58,874 nucleotides of DNA from Chitinispirillia bacterium (GTDB taxonomy: Bacteria; Fibrobacterota; Chitinivibrionia; Chitinivibrionales; Chitinispirillaceae), in assembly GCA_009786415.1 (NCBI GenBank), contig WQTH01000007.1, positions 1 through 58,874 of the forward strand. The letters run 5' to 3'. Position 1 is the stretch's first letter; each line of letters begins with the position of its first letter. Made by a program: the position numbers and the translations under genes. The notes beneath the pieces are model-generated. The model was not told the DNA's origin. It made no database searches and worked only from the letters and a program-made list of their open reading frames with translations. This document shows positions 29,006 through 37,894 of this stretch, in pieces.

Positions 29006-31303
29006 ATGAGAAAAATTTTCGCTGTTGTCACCCTCTTTATCTATATCATGCTGGTATCCGCGCTGATTTCCCGCGTTGACGCCAAGGTGCTTGATGATAT
29101 ACGCATAGAGGGGCTGCTCGTAACCAAAGCCGAGCTTGTGAAGGACGCGGTTTTGCTGCAGACGGGCAAGGAGTTTACCCCGTCTGATGTGCAGGAATCC
29201 ATACGCCGGCTCTACGCGCTCGGCCTGTTCCGCAAGATCGATTTTGTTATAGAGGAAGAGACCGAAACGGGCGTAACGCTTGCGCTGCGGCTTGAAGAGT
29301 TTCCCATTGTGTCCTTAATTGAATTTGAAGGCAACAGGAAGATAAGGAAAAAGGAGCTGGAGGAGGCGCATGTGGTCAGGCTTCAGGCCCCGCTCTCCGA
29401 CGCGCAGCTGCACAAGAGCAGGCAGACGCTCGCCGATATGTACGCCGACAAGGGGTATTTGCTGGCGCATATCGACGTGCAGGTCATAAAGGCCGCCGTT
29501 CCCGGAAACGCGATTGTCAAGTATACCATAACAGAGGGCCCGCGCGTGCGCGTAAGGAGCATCAGGTTTGAGGGCAACCAAAACGTTGGCAGGCGCAAGC
29601 TGGCGCGCCGTTTCAAGACGAAGGAGAACCGCTGGTTCCGCTCCGGCGATTTCAACTACGAGCGTTACCGCTCCCATTTGGATACGCTGGTGATGCAGTA
29701 TCAGGACATGGGTTTTCTTGACGCGGCGATAGAGAGCGACAGCGTTTGGCACTCAAGGAACGATATTCATATTCACATTGTAATAAACGAGGGCCGCCGG
29801 TATATTGCCGGCGACGTCGCGTTTACCGGCAACAGAATAATAGAAACGGACACTCTTGCCAAAAAGGTCGCGCTGGAATGGGGCAGCCCGTTCCGCAAGA
29901 GCCGGTTTGAGCTGACGCGGTACATGATAGAGACCGCCTACAGGGAAGAGGGGTATTTATGGGTGCGCGTAGACGACAAACGTGTTTACAGGGGGGAAAA
30001 CGCCGATACCATAGATCTGGTTTTTGATATTACCGAGGGGCGCCCGGCCATTGTGAACAAGATTGACATACGCGGCAACAGCAAGACATGGGAGAAGGTG
30101 ATTCGCCGCGAGATCAGGCTTATGCCGGGGCAGCGGTACCGCCAGTCGCTCATGGCGCTATCGCAGCAGAACCTGATGCGCCTCAACTACTTCACAAACA
30201 TCGTCCCCGACATCATGCCAAACGACGACGGCACTATAGATTTGATCTTTGACATTACCGAGCGCGACAACATAGGCCAGCTTACGGTGGGCGCGGCGTA
30301 CAGCGATCAGGACAAGCTGACGGGCACTTTCTCTACGGCAATACCGAACTTCCGCGGGGCGGGGCAGGAGCTTAAGCTCGATGTGCAGTATGGCGCGTAC
30401 CGCAAGCTCGGCATGGTCAGCTTCACCGAGCCGTGGGCGTTCGACACGCCGCTGTGGCTGACGGGCACGGTGTTCGCCGATCAGCAGATATACAGCTACT
30501 ATTCGAGCGAGAACGCCTATGATACCACGACAAGCTACGGTTTCAGGGTAGGAGCGGGCCGTTCGCGCCTCAGGTGGCCGGACAACAAGTTCCGCTTTCA
30601 GACTATTTACCAGTTAAGCCACGAGGAGACGAACCGCCCCGATGAAGTCATCGGCAACCTGCGCGTTGTGGAGTCCGGTATACTCAGCCGCCTGCGCCTG
30701 AATATCGAGCGTTATGATTTGGATATGCCGCTCTTCCCAAACGAGGGGTCGAGGCTCACGATCACCCCTGAGTTTGCGGGTATCGGCGGTACGTACCACT
30801 ACCTGAAGGGGACGGTATCATACGAAAACTATTTCCGGCTCCCCGGCAAATTGGTTTTCGGCAGCGAGGTGAAGTTCGGCGCGATAACCAAGCTTGCGGG
30901 CGATATCATAATCTCCGGCAACGACCTCTTCACCGCCGGCGGAGCGTACGGCGATGCGGTTATAAGGGGCTACCCGGACTGGGCGTTTGGCGGGTACCGC
31001 AACAGAAGCGAGGGCGACGGCATCTCGATGTTCTCCACCAACCTGTCGCTGCGCTACCCAGTTATAGACCAGCAGATATATTTGGGGGTGTTCGTAGATA
31101 TGGGCAACACGTGGACTACCATATCGGGCATTGATCTGGGCGATCTCTACAGGGGCGTAGGCGGGGGCCTGCGCATCAACCTGCCGATGATCGGCGTGAT
31201 GGGCGTTGACGTTGGTTACGGGCTGGACCCGATTGACAGAAAAGCGTTCGGCAGCAAGCCGCACGGGTATAACTGGCATATTATAATGAATAAGGGGTTT
31301 TAG
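29006..31303 (+). CDS. bamA: outer-membrane protein assembly factor BamA
   Basis: 765 aa. Signal peptide, POTRA repeats (IRIEGL..., IRFEGNQ..., VAFTGN..., IDIRGNSKT), a C-terminal barrel, and a terminal Phe (...NKGF). The ATG immediately follows the clpC stop. Confidence 0.9.
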   Translation: MRKIFAVVTLFIYIMLVSALISRVDAKVLDDIRIEGLLVTKAELVKDAVLLQTGKEFTPSDVQESIRRLYALGLFRKIDFVIEEETETGVTLALRLEEFPIVSLIEFEGNRKIRKKELEEAHVVRLQAPLSDAQLHKSRQTLADMYADKGYLLAHIDVQVIKAAVPGNAIVKYTITEGPRVRVRSIRFEGNQNVGRRKLARRFKTKENRWFRSGDFNYERYRSHLDTLVMQYQDMGFLDAAIESDSVWHSRNDIHIHIVINEGRRYIAGDVAFTGNRIIETDTLAKKVALEWGSPFRKSRFELTRYMIETAYREEGYLWVRVDDKRVYRGENADTIDLVFDITEGRPAIVNKIDIRGNSKTWEKVIRREIRLMPGQRYRQSLMALSQQNLMRLNYFTNIVPDIMPNDDGTIDLIFDITERDNIGQLTVGAAYSDQDKLTGTFSTAIPNFRGAGQELKLDVQYGAYRKLGMVSFTEPWAFDTPLWLTGTVFADQQIYSYYSSENAYDTTTSYGFRVGAGRSRLRWPDNKFRFQTIYQLSHEETNRPDEVIGNLRVVESGILSRLRLNIERYDLDMPLFPNEGSRLTITPEFAGIGGTYHYLKGTVSYENYFRLPGKLVFGSEVKFGAITKLAGDIIISGNDLFTAGGAYGDAVIRGYPDWAFGGYRNRSEGDGISMFSTNLSLRYPVIDQQIYLGVFVDMGNTWTTISGIDLGDLYRGVGGGLRINLPMIGVMGVDVGYGLDPIDRKAFGSKPHGYNWHIIMNKGF

Positions 31304-31304
31304 T

Positions 31305-31336
31305 CAGTTTGGAGTGTGAAGTGTGGAGTTTGGGGG
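31305..31336 (+). repeat. short recurring intergenic motif, site 2 (two copies)
   Basis: CAGTTTGGAGTG (31305..31316) starts 2 nt after the bamA stop. A related GGAGTTTGGGGG lies at 31325..31336. Confidence 0.3.
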
Positions 31337-31392
31337 CGGATACGGTAACAATTAATAGTTTTAATATATCCAATAGTAAGGAGGGTGTTATT

Positions 31393-31917
31393 ATGATGAG
31401 GGGATTTAAGGCTGCGGTGTTGGTGTTTTTTGCCGCTGCCGCGTTTAGCACCGCATCGGCGCAGTTGAAAATCGGTTTCGTCAACTCCGAGAAGATCTTT
31501 ACCCAGTTTGAGGGTACAAAGGTCGCTCAGGACCAGTTCAACAAGGAGGTCGCGAGGTGGGAGCAGGAGGCGTCGCGCCGCGCCAAATCTATTACCGATC
31601 TGCGCGAACAGCTTGAGAAACAGAGTTTGCTTTTGAGCGCCGAGCGCAAAAAGTCGCTTGAGGATTCGCTGCGGCAGATGATTATCACGCATGAGAAGTT
31701 TTTGCAGGAAAAGTTCGGGCAGCGCGGCGAGGTGCTGACGAAAAACGAGCAGCTGACCAAGCCCATCCTCGAAAAAATCCAGCGGATTATCGACAGGATC
31801 GCCAAGGACGAGCAGTTTGATTTCATATTCGACTGGAGGTCCGGCGGGCTTGTGTTCGCGAAACCGGCGTATGATCTGACCGACAAGGTGCTGGCTCAGC
31901 TGGCTAAAGAAAAATAA
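31393..31917 (+). CDS. skp: OmpH/Skp periplasmic chaperone
   Basis: ORF 31309, trimmed to the ATG at 31393 after AAGGAGGG. Signal MMRGFKAAVLVFFAAAAFSTASA. KIGFVNSEKIF plus a long coiled-coil region. Confidence 0.8.
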   Translation: MMRGFKAAVLVFFAAAAFSTASAQLKIGFVNSEKIFTQFEGTKVAQDQFNKEVARWEQEASRRAKSITDLREQLEKQSLLLSAERKKSLEDSLRQMIITHEKFLQEKFGQRGEVLTKNEQLTKPILEKIQRIIDRIAKDEQFDFIFDWRSGGLVFAKPAYDLTDKVLAQLAKEK

Positions 31918-31965
31918 AAATCTATTTTCCGCGGGCTATTATGCCGGGGTGCAAGGGCGGTATGG

Positions 31966-32994
31966 TTGAAATTATCAAAAATAGCTGAACACATCGGCGC
32001 CGCAATGCCAAATGGGTGCGCGGATGTTGAGGTAGCGGGGATATCATCCCCCGAATCGGCCTCTGAGGGTATGGTAACGTTTGTCTCCGACGCGAAGTAC
32101 GCTGACAAGGCGAAAAGCAGCGCCGCCTGCGCCGTCATCGTCAAAAAAGGCAGCGTTATTCCCGAAAAACCCTGCCTTGAGACAGACGACCCGTACGTCG
32201 GTTACGCGCTTGTAGCCCAGCTGTTTGAAGACGTAACGCCGCTCTTTGGCGCCGGTATACACCCGCAGGCGCATATAGACCGGTCAGCGTCCGTTGACAG
32301 CTCGGCGTCGGTAGGCCCCGGCACAGTCGTCGGCCCCAACGTGAAAATAGGCGCGAACAGCCGCGTGGGCGCGAACTGCGTATTGGAGCCGGATGTAAGC
32401 ATCGGCGAATCAACGCGCATCGACTCCGGCGCGGTCATCAGGTACGGTACGGTGATAGGCTCGCGAACGGTTATCCAGTCGGGCGCGGTTATCGGCAGCG
32501 ACGGCTTCGGCAACGCGCGGGACAAGGACGGCAAGTTTATTCGCATACCGTGCTTCGGCAATGTGGTGATAGGGGACTATGTTGATATAGGCGCGTGCAC
32601 AACGGTTGACAGGGGGAATATCGAGCCTACGATTATTGGTAACGGTGTGAAGATAGACAATCTGGTTCAGATTGCGCATAATGTAACGATAGGCGACGAC
32701 AGCGCAATCGCCGCGCAGGCCGGGCTTTCGGGGTCAGTTCGTGTGGGCAAGCGTGCCATTATCGCCGGCCAGGCCGGGTTTGTGGGGCATATTGACATAG
32801 GCGACGATTCGTTTGTGGGGGCTAAGGCGGGCGTGTCAAAGAGCGTAGAGCCGGGGGCCAAGGTTACCGGTTATCCGGCCAGGGAGTTTATGGTGATGCG
32901 GCGCATAGACGCAGCGTGCAACCATCTGCCCGATTTGTTGAAAGAGGTAAGGGCGCTGCGAGCGGATGTGGAATCGCTGAAAAATAACGGTTGA
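31966..32994 (+). CDS. lpxD: UDP-3-O-acylglucosamine N-acyltransferase
   Basis: TTG start. N-terminal LSKIAEHIGA, long hexapeptide (LbH) repeats, GSDGFG, and a C-terminal helix. Confidence 0.9.
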   Translation: MKLSKIAEHIGAAMPNGCADVEVAGISSPESASEGMVTFVSDAKYADKAKSSAACAVIVKKGSVIPEKPCLETDDPYVGYALVAQLFEDVTPLFGAGIHPQAHIDRSASVDSSASVGPGTVVGPNVKIGANSRVGANCVLEPDVSIGESTRIDSGAVIRYGTVIGSRTVIQSGAVIGSDGFGNARDKDGKFIRIPCFGNVVIGDYVDIGACTTVDRGNIEPTIIGNGVKIDNLVQIAHNVTIGDDSAIAAQAGLSGSVRVGKRAIIAGQAGFVGHIDIGDDSFVGAKAGVSKSVEPGAKVTGYPAREFMVMRRIDAACNHLPDLLKEVRALRADVESLKNNG

Positions 32995-33113
32995 TTCTGT
33001 TTGACGGGTAGGGGCGCGTATTATAAATGATAAATATCGTATTATATTTGATGATGATGGGTTAACGGTTGATAATAATTAACACTTAAAAGATAAAAAA
33101 AGGATTTTGTATT

Positions 33114-34496
33114 ATGGCGATGCAGCATACCATCGGCAAAAGCGTAACGCTCACAGGCGTCGGGTTACATACAGGTGTGGCGTCTCAGGTAACATTTAAT
33201 CCCGCGCCGGAGGGCTACGGCATACGCTTTGTCCGCACCGACCTTGACGGCCAGCCGGAGATCCCCGCCGATATCGAGAACGTGGTCGACCTCTCCCGCG
33301 GCACGGCCATAGGCACCGGCGATGTGCGGGTGTATACTGTTGAGCACGTAATGTCCTGCTTTCACGGGCTGGGCATAGACAACTGCCGCGTGGAGGTTTC
33401 GGCGCAGGAGATACCGCTCATGGACGGCAGCGCGATGCCCTACGTTGAGCTTGTGCAGAACGCGGGCATTGTAGAGCAGAAGGCGGAGCGCGAGTATATA
33501 AATATAGATGAGCCTATAATGTTTGTTAAGGGTGATATTGCTTTGGGCGTCTTTCCGCTAGATCATCTCAGGGTCACTTTGGAGATCGACTACAAATATC
33601 CGGCGCTTGGCGCTCAGTACACGACTATGTTCTCGCTCAAGGACTACGTAAAGGATTTCGCGTCGTCACGCACGTTCTGTTTTCTGTCTGAAATCCAGAA
33701 ACTGCGCGAGCAGGGGCTTATTAAGGGCGGGAGTTTGGACAGCGCGCTTGTGGTGCAGGATGTCGAACTGACGGATGAGAGGATAGAGACCATACGCAGG
33801 CTGTTTGATACCTACAAGGGCCCCATAGGCCCCGGAGAGAACGGTTATCTCAACAACACCGAGCTGCGTTCGTGGAACGAGCCATGCCGCCACAAAGCGT
33901 TGGATTTAATCGGGGACCTGTACCTTCTCGGCAAGCCAATAAACGCGCACATCCTTGCGGCGCGCACGGGTCACGCGGCCAATATCGAGGTCGCTAAAAT
34001 GATACGCGAGCAGGTCAAGAATCAGGAGAAGAAGAGGGCGCACGAGGCGATCAAGCTGACTTATGAAGACATAACGAAGATACTCCCGCACCGTTTCCCG
34101 TTCCTGCTTATAGACAAGGTTGTGGGCATCATCCCCGACAAGGAGGTCGTGGCACTCAAGAACGTCTCGTTCAACGAGCCTTACTTCAACGGCCACTTCC
34201 CCGGCAATCCAGTTATGCCCGGGGTGCTGCAGATAGAGGCGATAGCGCAGGCCGCGGGCATTATGGGGCTGTACAAGTATTATAATAAGGAAGACGGCGC
34301 GCCGGTAAACGCCAATGTACTCTTTACGGATGTTTTCAACGCGAGCTTCAGGGGCATAGTGAGGCCGGGGGACGTGCTGAGGATTGAGGTGAAGATGCTG
34401 CAGTTCAGGATGGGCATAGGCAAGTTCTCCGGCAAATGTTACGTAGACGATAAATTGGTCTGCGAGGCTGACGGCCGGGCGGTATTTAAAAGGTAA
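33114..34496 (+). CDS. lpxC/fabZ: bifunctional UDP-3-O-acyl-GlcNAc deacetylase / (3R)-hydroxyacyl-ACP dehydratase (LpxC-FabZ fusion)
   Basis: The LpxC half has TLTGVGLHTG, VEHVMS and HKALDLIGDL. The FabZ half has ILPHRFPFLLIDKV, FFNGHFPGNPVMPGVLQIEA. Confidence 0.92.
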   Translation: MAMQHTIGKSVTLTGVGLHTGVASQVTFNPAPEGYGIRFVRTDLDGQPEIPADIENVVDLSRGTAIGTGDVRVYTVEHVMSCFHGLGIDNCRVEVSAQEIPLMDGSAMPYVELVQNAGIVEQKAEREYINIDEPIMFVKGDIALGVFPLDHLRVTLEIDYKYPALGAQYTTMFSLKDYVKDFASSRTFCFLSEIQKLREQGLIKGGSLDSALVVQDVELTDERIETIRRLFDTYKGPIGPGENGYLNNTELRSWNEPCRHKALDLIGDLYLLGKPINAHILAARTGHAANIEVAKMIREQVKNQEKKRAHEAIKLTYEDITKILPHRFPFLLIDKVVGIIPDKEVVALKNVSFNEPYFNGHFPGNPVMPGVLQIEAIAQAAGIMGLYKYYNKEDGAPVNANVLFTDVFNASFRGIVRPGDVLRIEVKMLQFRMGIGKFSGKCYVDDKLVCEADGRAVFKR

Positions 34497-34538
34497 AGAA
34501 TCCGCACCGCTTCGGGGTGCATTCATTTGAAGGGTGAT

Positions 34539-35384
34539 ATGACAATGTCAGACGACAAGGGCTGTTCATGCTGCGCTACCGCCGCGCTGGCCGCGGGTAT
34601 GACCGCGATCCATCCGACCGCGATTATCGAGCCGGGCGCGCAGCTCGGCGTTAACGTCTCCGTGGGCCCCTACGCCGTAATCGAGCGCGATGTCGAAATA
34701 GGCGACGGCTCCGAGATAGGCCCCCACGCGATGATCTGCAACGGCTCTCGCCTCGGCCCGCGCTGCCGCGTATTTCAGGGCGCGTCTGTAGGCCAGGAGC
34801 CGCAGGACAAAAAATACGCCGGCGAGAAGACGCTCGCCGTAATAGGCGAAGACACGCTGATACGCGAATACGTAACAGTAAACCGCGGGACAGGCGCCAC
34901 CGGCGAAACGCGCATAGGCAAGCGCGGCTGGATAATGGCCTACTGCCACATAGCCCACGACTGCGTAGTGGGAGACGACGCGACAATATCAAACGCGCTG
35001 GCTATGGCCGGCCACGTTACGGTTGGAAACGGCGTAACCATAAGCGGCATAGTCTCAATAAACCAGTTCGTAAAAATAGGCGACTACGCAATGGTAGGCG
35101 CGCGCGCAAGGGTAGCGTCGGACATAGTGCCGTACGCATTGGTTGGAACCGAGCCGATGAGGATCGCCGGTATCAACAAGGTAGGGTTGGAAAGGCGCGG
35201 GTTTACCGGAGACCAGATGAGCAACATCAAGAAGGCGTACAGGATTTTATTTAAGGATGTATTGTCATTGAATGACGCGCTGATAAAGATTGACACAGAC
35301 TTTCCCGGTGACGAAAGCGTAAAGCGCCTGACGGATTTTGTAAGGGGCAGCGAAAAGGGTTTTCTGAGGATGCGGGACGATTGA
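34539..35384 (+). CDS. lpxA: acyl-ACP--UDP-GlcNAc O-acyltransferase
   Basis: ORF 34527 (TTG); ATGs at 34539, 34545 and 34599. IHPTAIIEPGAQLG, hexapeptide repeats, and a C-terminal helical domain (GLERRGF...IKKAYRILF). The exact start is uncertain. Confidence 0.88.
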   Translation: MTMSDDKGCSCCATAALAAGMTAIHPTAIIEPGAQLGVNVSVGPYAVIERDVEIGDGSEIGPHAMICNGSRLGPRCRVFQGASVGQEPQDKKYAGEKTLAVIGEDTLIREYVTVNRGTGATGETRIGKRGWIMAYCHIAHDCVVGDDATISNALAMAGHVTVGNGVTISGIVSINQFVKIGDYAMVGARARVASDIVPYALVGTEPMRIAGINKVGLERRGFTGDQMSNIKKAYRILFKDVLSLNDALIKIDTDFPGDESVKRLTDFVRGSEKGFLRMRDD

Positions 35385-35400
35385 TGTGTTGATCTCGCCG

Positions 35401-35435
35401 TTGATTTTGACTTTAAATATTTTGATTTTGACTTT
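35401..35435. promoter_or_regulatory. two exact 14-bp direct repeats TTGATTTTGACTTT spaced 21 nt (start to start), upstream of cbiM-larEBC
   Basis: DR1 is 35401..35414 and DR2 is 35422..35435. DR2 ends 19 nt before the cbiM ATG (35455) and 6 nt before the AAGGAGG RBS. Confidence 0.4.
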
Positions 35436-35454
35436 TTTATAAGGAGGCATTACC

Positions 35455-36285
35455 ATGCATATGTCAGACGAATTATTATCTGCCACGGTAGGTTCCGCGC
35501 TCTACGCAGCCTCAGCCGCCGCAGTAGCGTATTCCGCCGTCAAGATTAAAAAAGACGGCATTGACCTCAAAAAGGCCGCGGTTGCAGCAGCCGCCGGAGC
35601 GGTGATCCTCTCTGTGCAGTCTGTCAACTACGCCATACCCGGCACAGGCTCAAGCGGCCACCTCCTCGGCGCGCTGATGCTTGCCGCGATTGTCGGAGCC
35701 GCCCCCGCTATGCTTGTCATGGCGTCTGTACTCGCAATCCAGTGTTTCCTGTTTGCGGACGGTGGCGTGCTGGCTTTGGGCGCGAACATCTTTAATTTGG
35801 GTGTGGTTCCCTGCCTGATTGTCTACCCGCTGCTCTTCAAACCGCTTGTCAAAAACGGCGCGTCAATGACTCGCACGGCGCTTGCCTCAATGGCCGCCTC
35901 CGTAGCGGCGTTGCAGCTCGGCGCGTTTGGCGTGGTGCTCTATACGCAGGCGTCCGGCATTACCGCGCTGCCCTTTGTTGAGTTCACGCTTGCCATGCAG
36001 CCCATCCACCTCGCGATTGGGCTTATAGAGGGTGCGGCGACGGCTGTTGTCCTCTGCCTTGTCCTTAAAACCCGGCCCGACATTATGAAGAGCGCGCTTG
36101 ACGGCACGGCAATGCCCGCTGTTCCTGTGGGTAAAGTCGTTGCCGTGTTTGCCGCAGCCGCGCTGGTTGTGGGCGGCGTTATGCCGCGTTTCGCTTCGTC
36201 GGCGCCGGATGGGCTTGAATGGTCGGTTGAGAGGGTCGGCGGGCCGGCGGCGGCTGATGTTGACGGCCCGGTTATCGGCGGATGA
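35455..36285 (+). CDS. CbiM/NikM-family Ni/Co uptake permease with a fused C-terminal PDGLE domain
   Basis: MHMSDELLS resembles the CbiM N-terminal MHIPDG-type motif. Multiple TM helices. C-terminal SSAPDGLEWSVERV is a PDGLE motif. Confidence 0.7.
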   Translation: MHMSDELLSATVGSALYAASAAAVAYSAVKIKKDGIDLKKAAVAAAAGAVILSVQSVNYAIPGTGSSGHLLGALMLAAIVGAAPAMLVMASVLAIQCFLFADGGVLALGANIFNLGVVPCLIVYPLLFKPLVKNGASMTRTALASMAASVAALQLGAFGVVLYTQASGITALPFVEFTLAMQPIHLAIGLIEGAATAVVLCLVLKTRPDIMKSALDGTAMPAVPVGKVVAVFAAAALVVGGVMPRFASSAPDGLEWSVERVGGPAAADVDGPVIGG

Positions 36286-36350
36286 TTTTTTATATATGCG
36301 GACCGTCACCAATTATAAAATTACAATGATTTGCGGGAGTTTATAACGTT

Positions 36351-37145
36351 GTGACACTTGAAGATTTTTTTACTGAAAACCGCGCGGCTGTTCTTGGCTT
36401 TTCGGGCGGCGTTGATTCGTCTTTCGTGCTGTATGCCGGGCTGCTCTTTGGCGCCGACATAAAGGCGTGCTTTATCAAGACGGTGTTTCAGCCGGAGTTT
36501 GAGCTTTTGGACGCGTTTCGGTTCGTGGAGCGTGTGGGGGCGGACTTTGCCGTTGTGGACGCGGACATCCTGTGCGATGCGCGTGTCGGTTTGAATCCCC
36601 CCGACAGGTGCTATTACTGCAAATCGAACATCATAGAGGCGTTGAACACATACGCGCGCGCCGTGAAAGTTCCGCTTATCATAGACGGGACGAACGCTTC
36701 CGACGACGAGGCGGGCCGCCCCGGCATGAGGGCGCTGGCCGAACTTGGCGTGCGCTCGCCGCTACGGGAGTGCGGCATGACCAAAGACGACGTGCGGCGT
36801 ATTTCAAGGGCGGCCGGACTTATGACATGGAACAAGCCGGCGTACGCGTGCCTCGCTACGCGGGTGCCGGCGGGTATGCCCTTAACAGCAGATGTACTGC
36901 TGCGTGTAGAGAAGGCGGAGACCGCCTTGTTTGAACTGGGCTTCAGCAATTTCCGCGTGAGGGTTATAGGGGAAAAGTACATACGCAGCTCTGAGTGGCC
37001 GATCAGGGATTACGGCGTATCCGCGAAGCTGCAGTTTTCTAAGGAACAGCTGCGCACGGCGGTTGATATGCGTGAAGAGGTGATTATGGCGGTGAAGCCG
37101 TATTTTGATACGGTTCTGCTGGATATGGAAGGGCGTTATGAATAA
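36351..37145 (+). CDS. larE: ATP-dependent sacrificial sulfur transferase LarE
   Basis: GTG start. PP-loop GFSGGVDSS and catalytic-Cys region PPDRCYYCK. Confidence 0.8.
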   Translation: MTLEDFFTENRAAVLGFSGGVDSSFVLYAGLLFGADIKACFIKTVFQPEFELLDAFRFVERVGADFAVVDADILCDARVGLNPPDRCYYCKSNIIEALNTYARAVKVPLIIDGTNASDDEAGRPGMRALAELGVRSPLRECGMTKDDVRRISRAAGLMTWNKPAYACLATRVPAGMPLTADVLLRVEKAETALFELGFSNFRVRVIGEKYIRSSEWPIRDYGVSAKLQFSKEQLRTAVDMREEVIMAVKPYFDTVLLDMEGRYE

Positions 37146-37890
37146 ACAGGAAACTCTTGATATCCTCAAAAAAATACAGGCGGGGGAGATAACGCCGGAT
37201 GACGCGCTGTCGCTGATGTGCACCGAGCCGTTTCAGGATTTGGGCTACGCGAAGCTTGATCATCACCGCGCATTGCGGCAGGGGGTGCCGGAGGTGATAT
37301 ACGGCGCGGGGAAAACGCCGGAGCAGATTTTGGGGATTGTTAAGGCCATGGTTGACAGGGGGCAGCGGTTGGTGCTGATAACGAGGTTATCGCCCTCCGC
37401 CGCCGGTATCATCCGTAAAGATATCCCCATACAGTATTTTGACATTGCGCGTATAGGAATAGCGGGCGATATCCCCGAACCAGACGGTATAGGCAAAATA
37501 GTAGTGGCCGCCGCCGGTACGAGTGATATGCCCGTAGCTGAAGAGGCCGCAGTTACCGCCGGGGCGCTGGGTAATGAGGTTGTCAGGATGTATGATGTAG
37601 GTGTAGCGGGGCTGCACAGATTGTCATCAAAGTTAGATGTGCTGATGAGCGCGCGCGCGGTAATATCGGTAGCCGGTATGGAGGGCGCGCTTACAAGCGT
37701 TATAGGCGGTCTGGTTGATTGCCCGGTGATAGGCGTGCCGACAAGCGTGGGTTACGGCGCGTCGTTTGGCGGGGTGGCGGCGCTCCTGACCATGCTGAAT
37801 TCGTGCGCGTCGGGGGTCAGCGTGGTCAATATCGACAACGGTTTTGGGGCGGGGTATCTGGCAAGCATGATAAATCACTTGAGGGGGTGA
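37138..37890 (+). CDS. larB: nickel-pincer cofactor biosynthesis protein LarB (NaAD carboxylase/hydrolase)
   Basis: ORF 37105, trimmed to the ATG at 37138 (MNKQETLDILKK). PurE-like core IVVAAAGTSDMPVAEEA...VGVAGLHRL...VAGMEGAL. Confidence 0.85.
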   Translation: MNKQETLDILKKIQAGEITPDDALSLMCTEPFQDLGYAKLDHHRALRQGVPEVIYGAGKTPEQILGIVKAMVDRGQRLVLITRLSPSAAGIIRKDIPIQYFDIARIGIAGDIPEPDGIGKIVVAAAGTSDMPVAEEAAVTAGALGNEVVRMYDVGVAGLHRLSSKLDVLMSARAVISVAGMEGALTSVIGGLVDCPVIGVPTSVGYGASFGGVAALLTMLNSCASGVSVVNIDNGFGAGYLASMINHLRG

Positions 37891-37894
37891 TGTG

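Noticed and set aside
33027-33065. 12-codon mini-ORF (MINIVLYLMMMG*) upstream of lpxC/fabZ as a possible leader peptide
   Set aside because: It has no SD and lies in an AT-rich spacer where such ORFs arise by chance. No attenuator-like alternative hairpins could be drawn.
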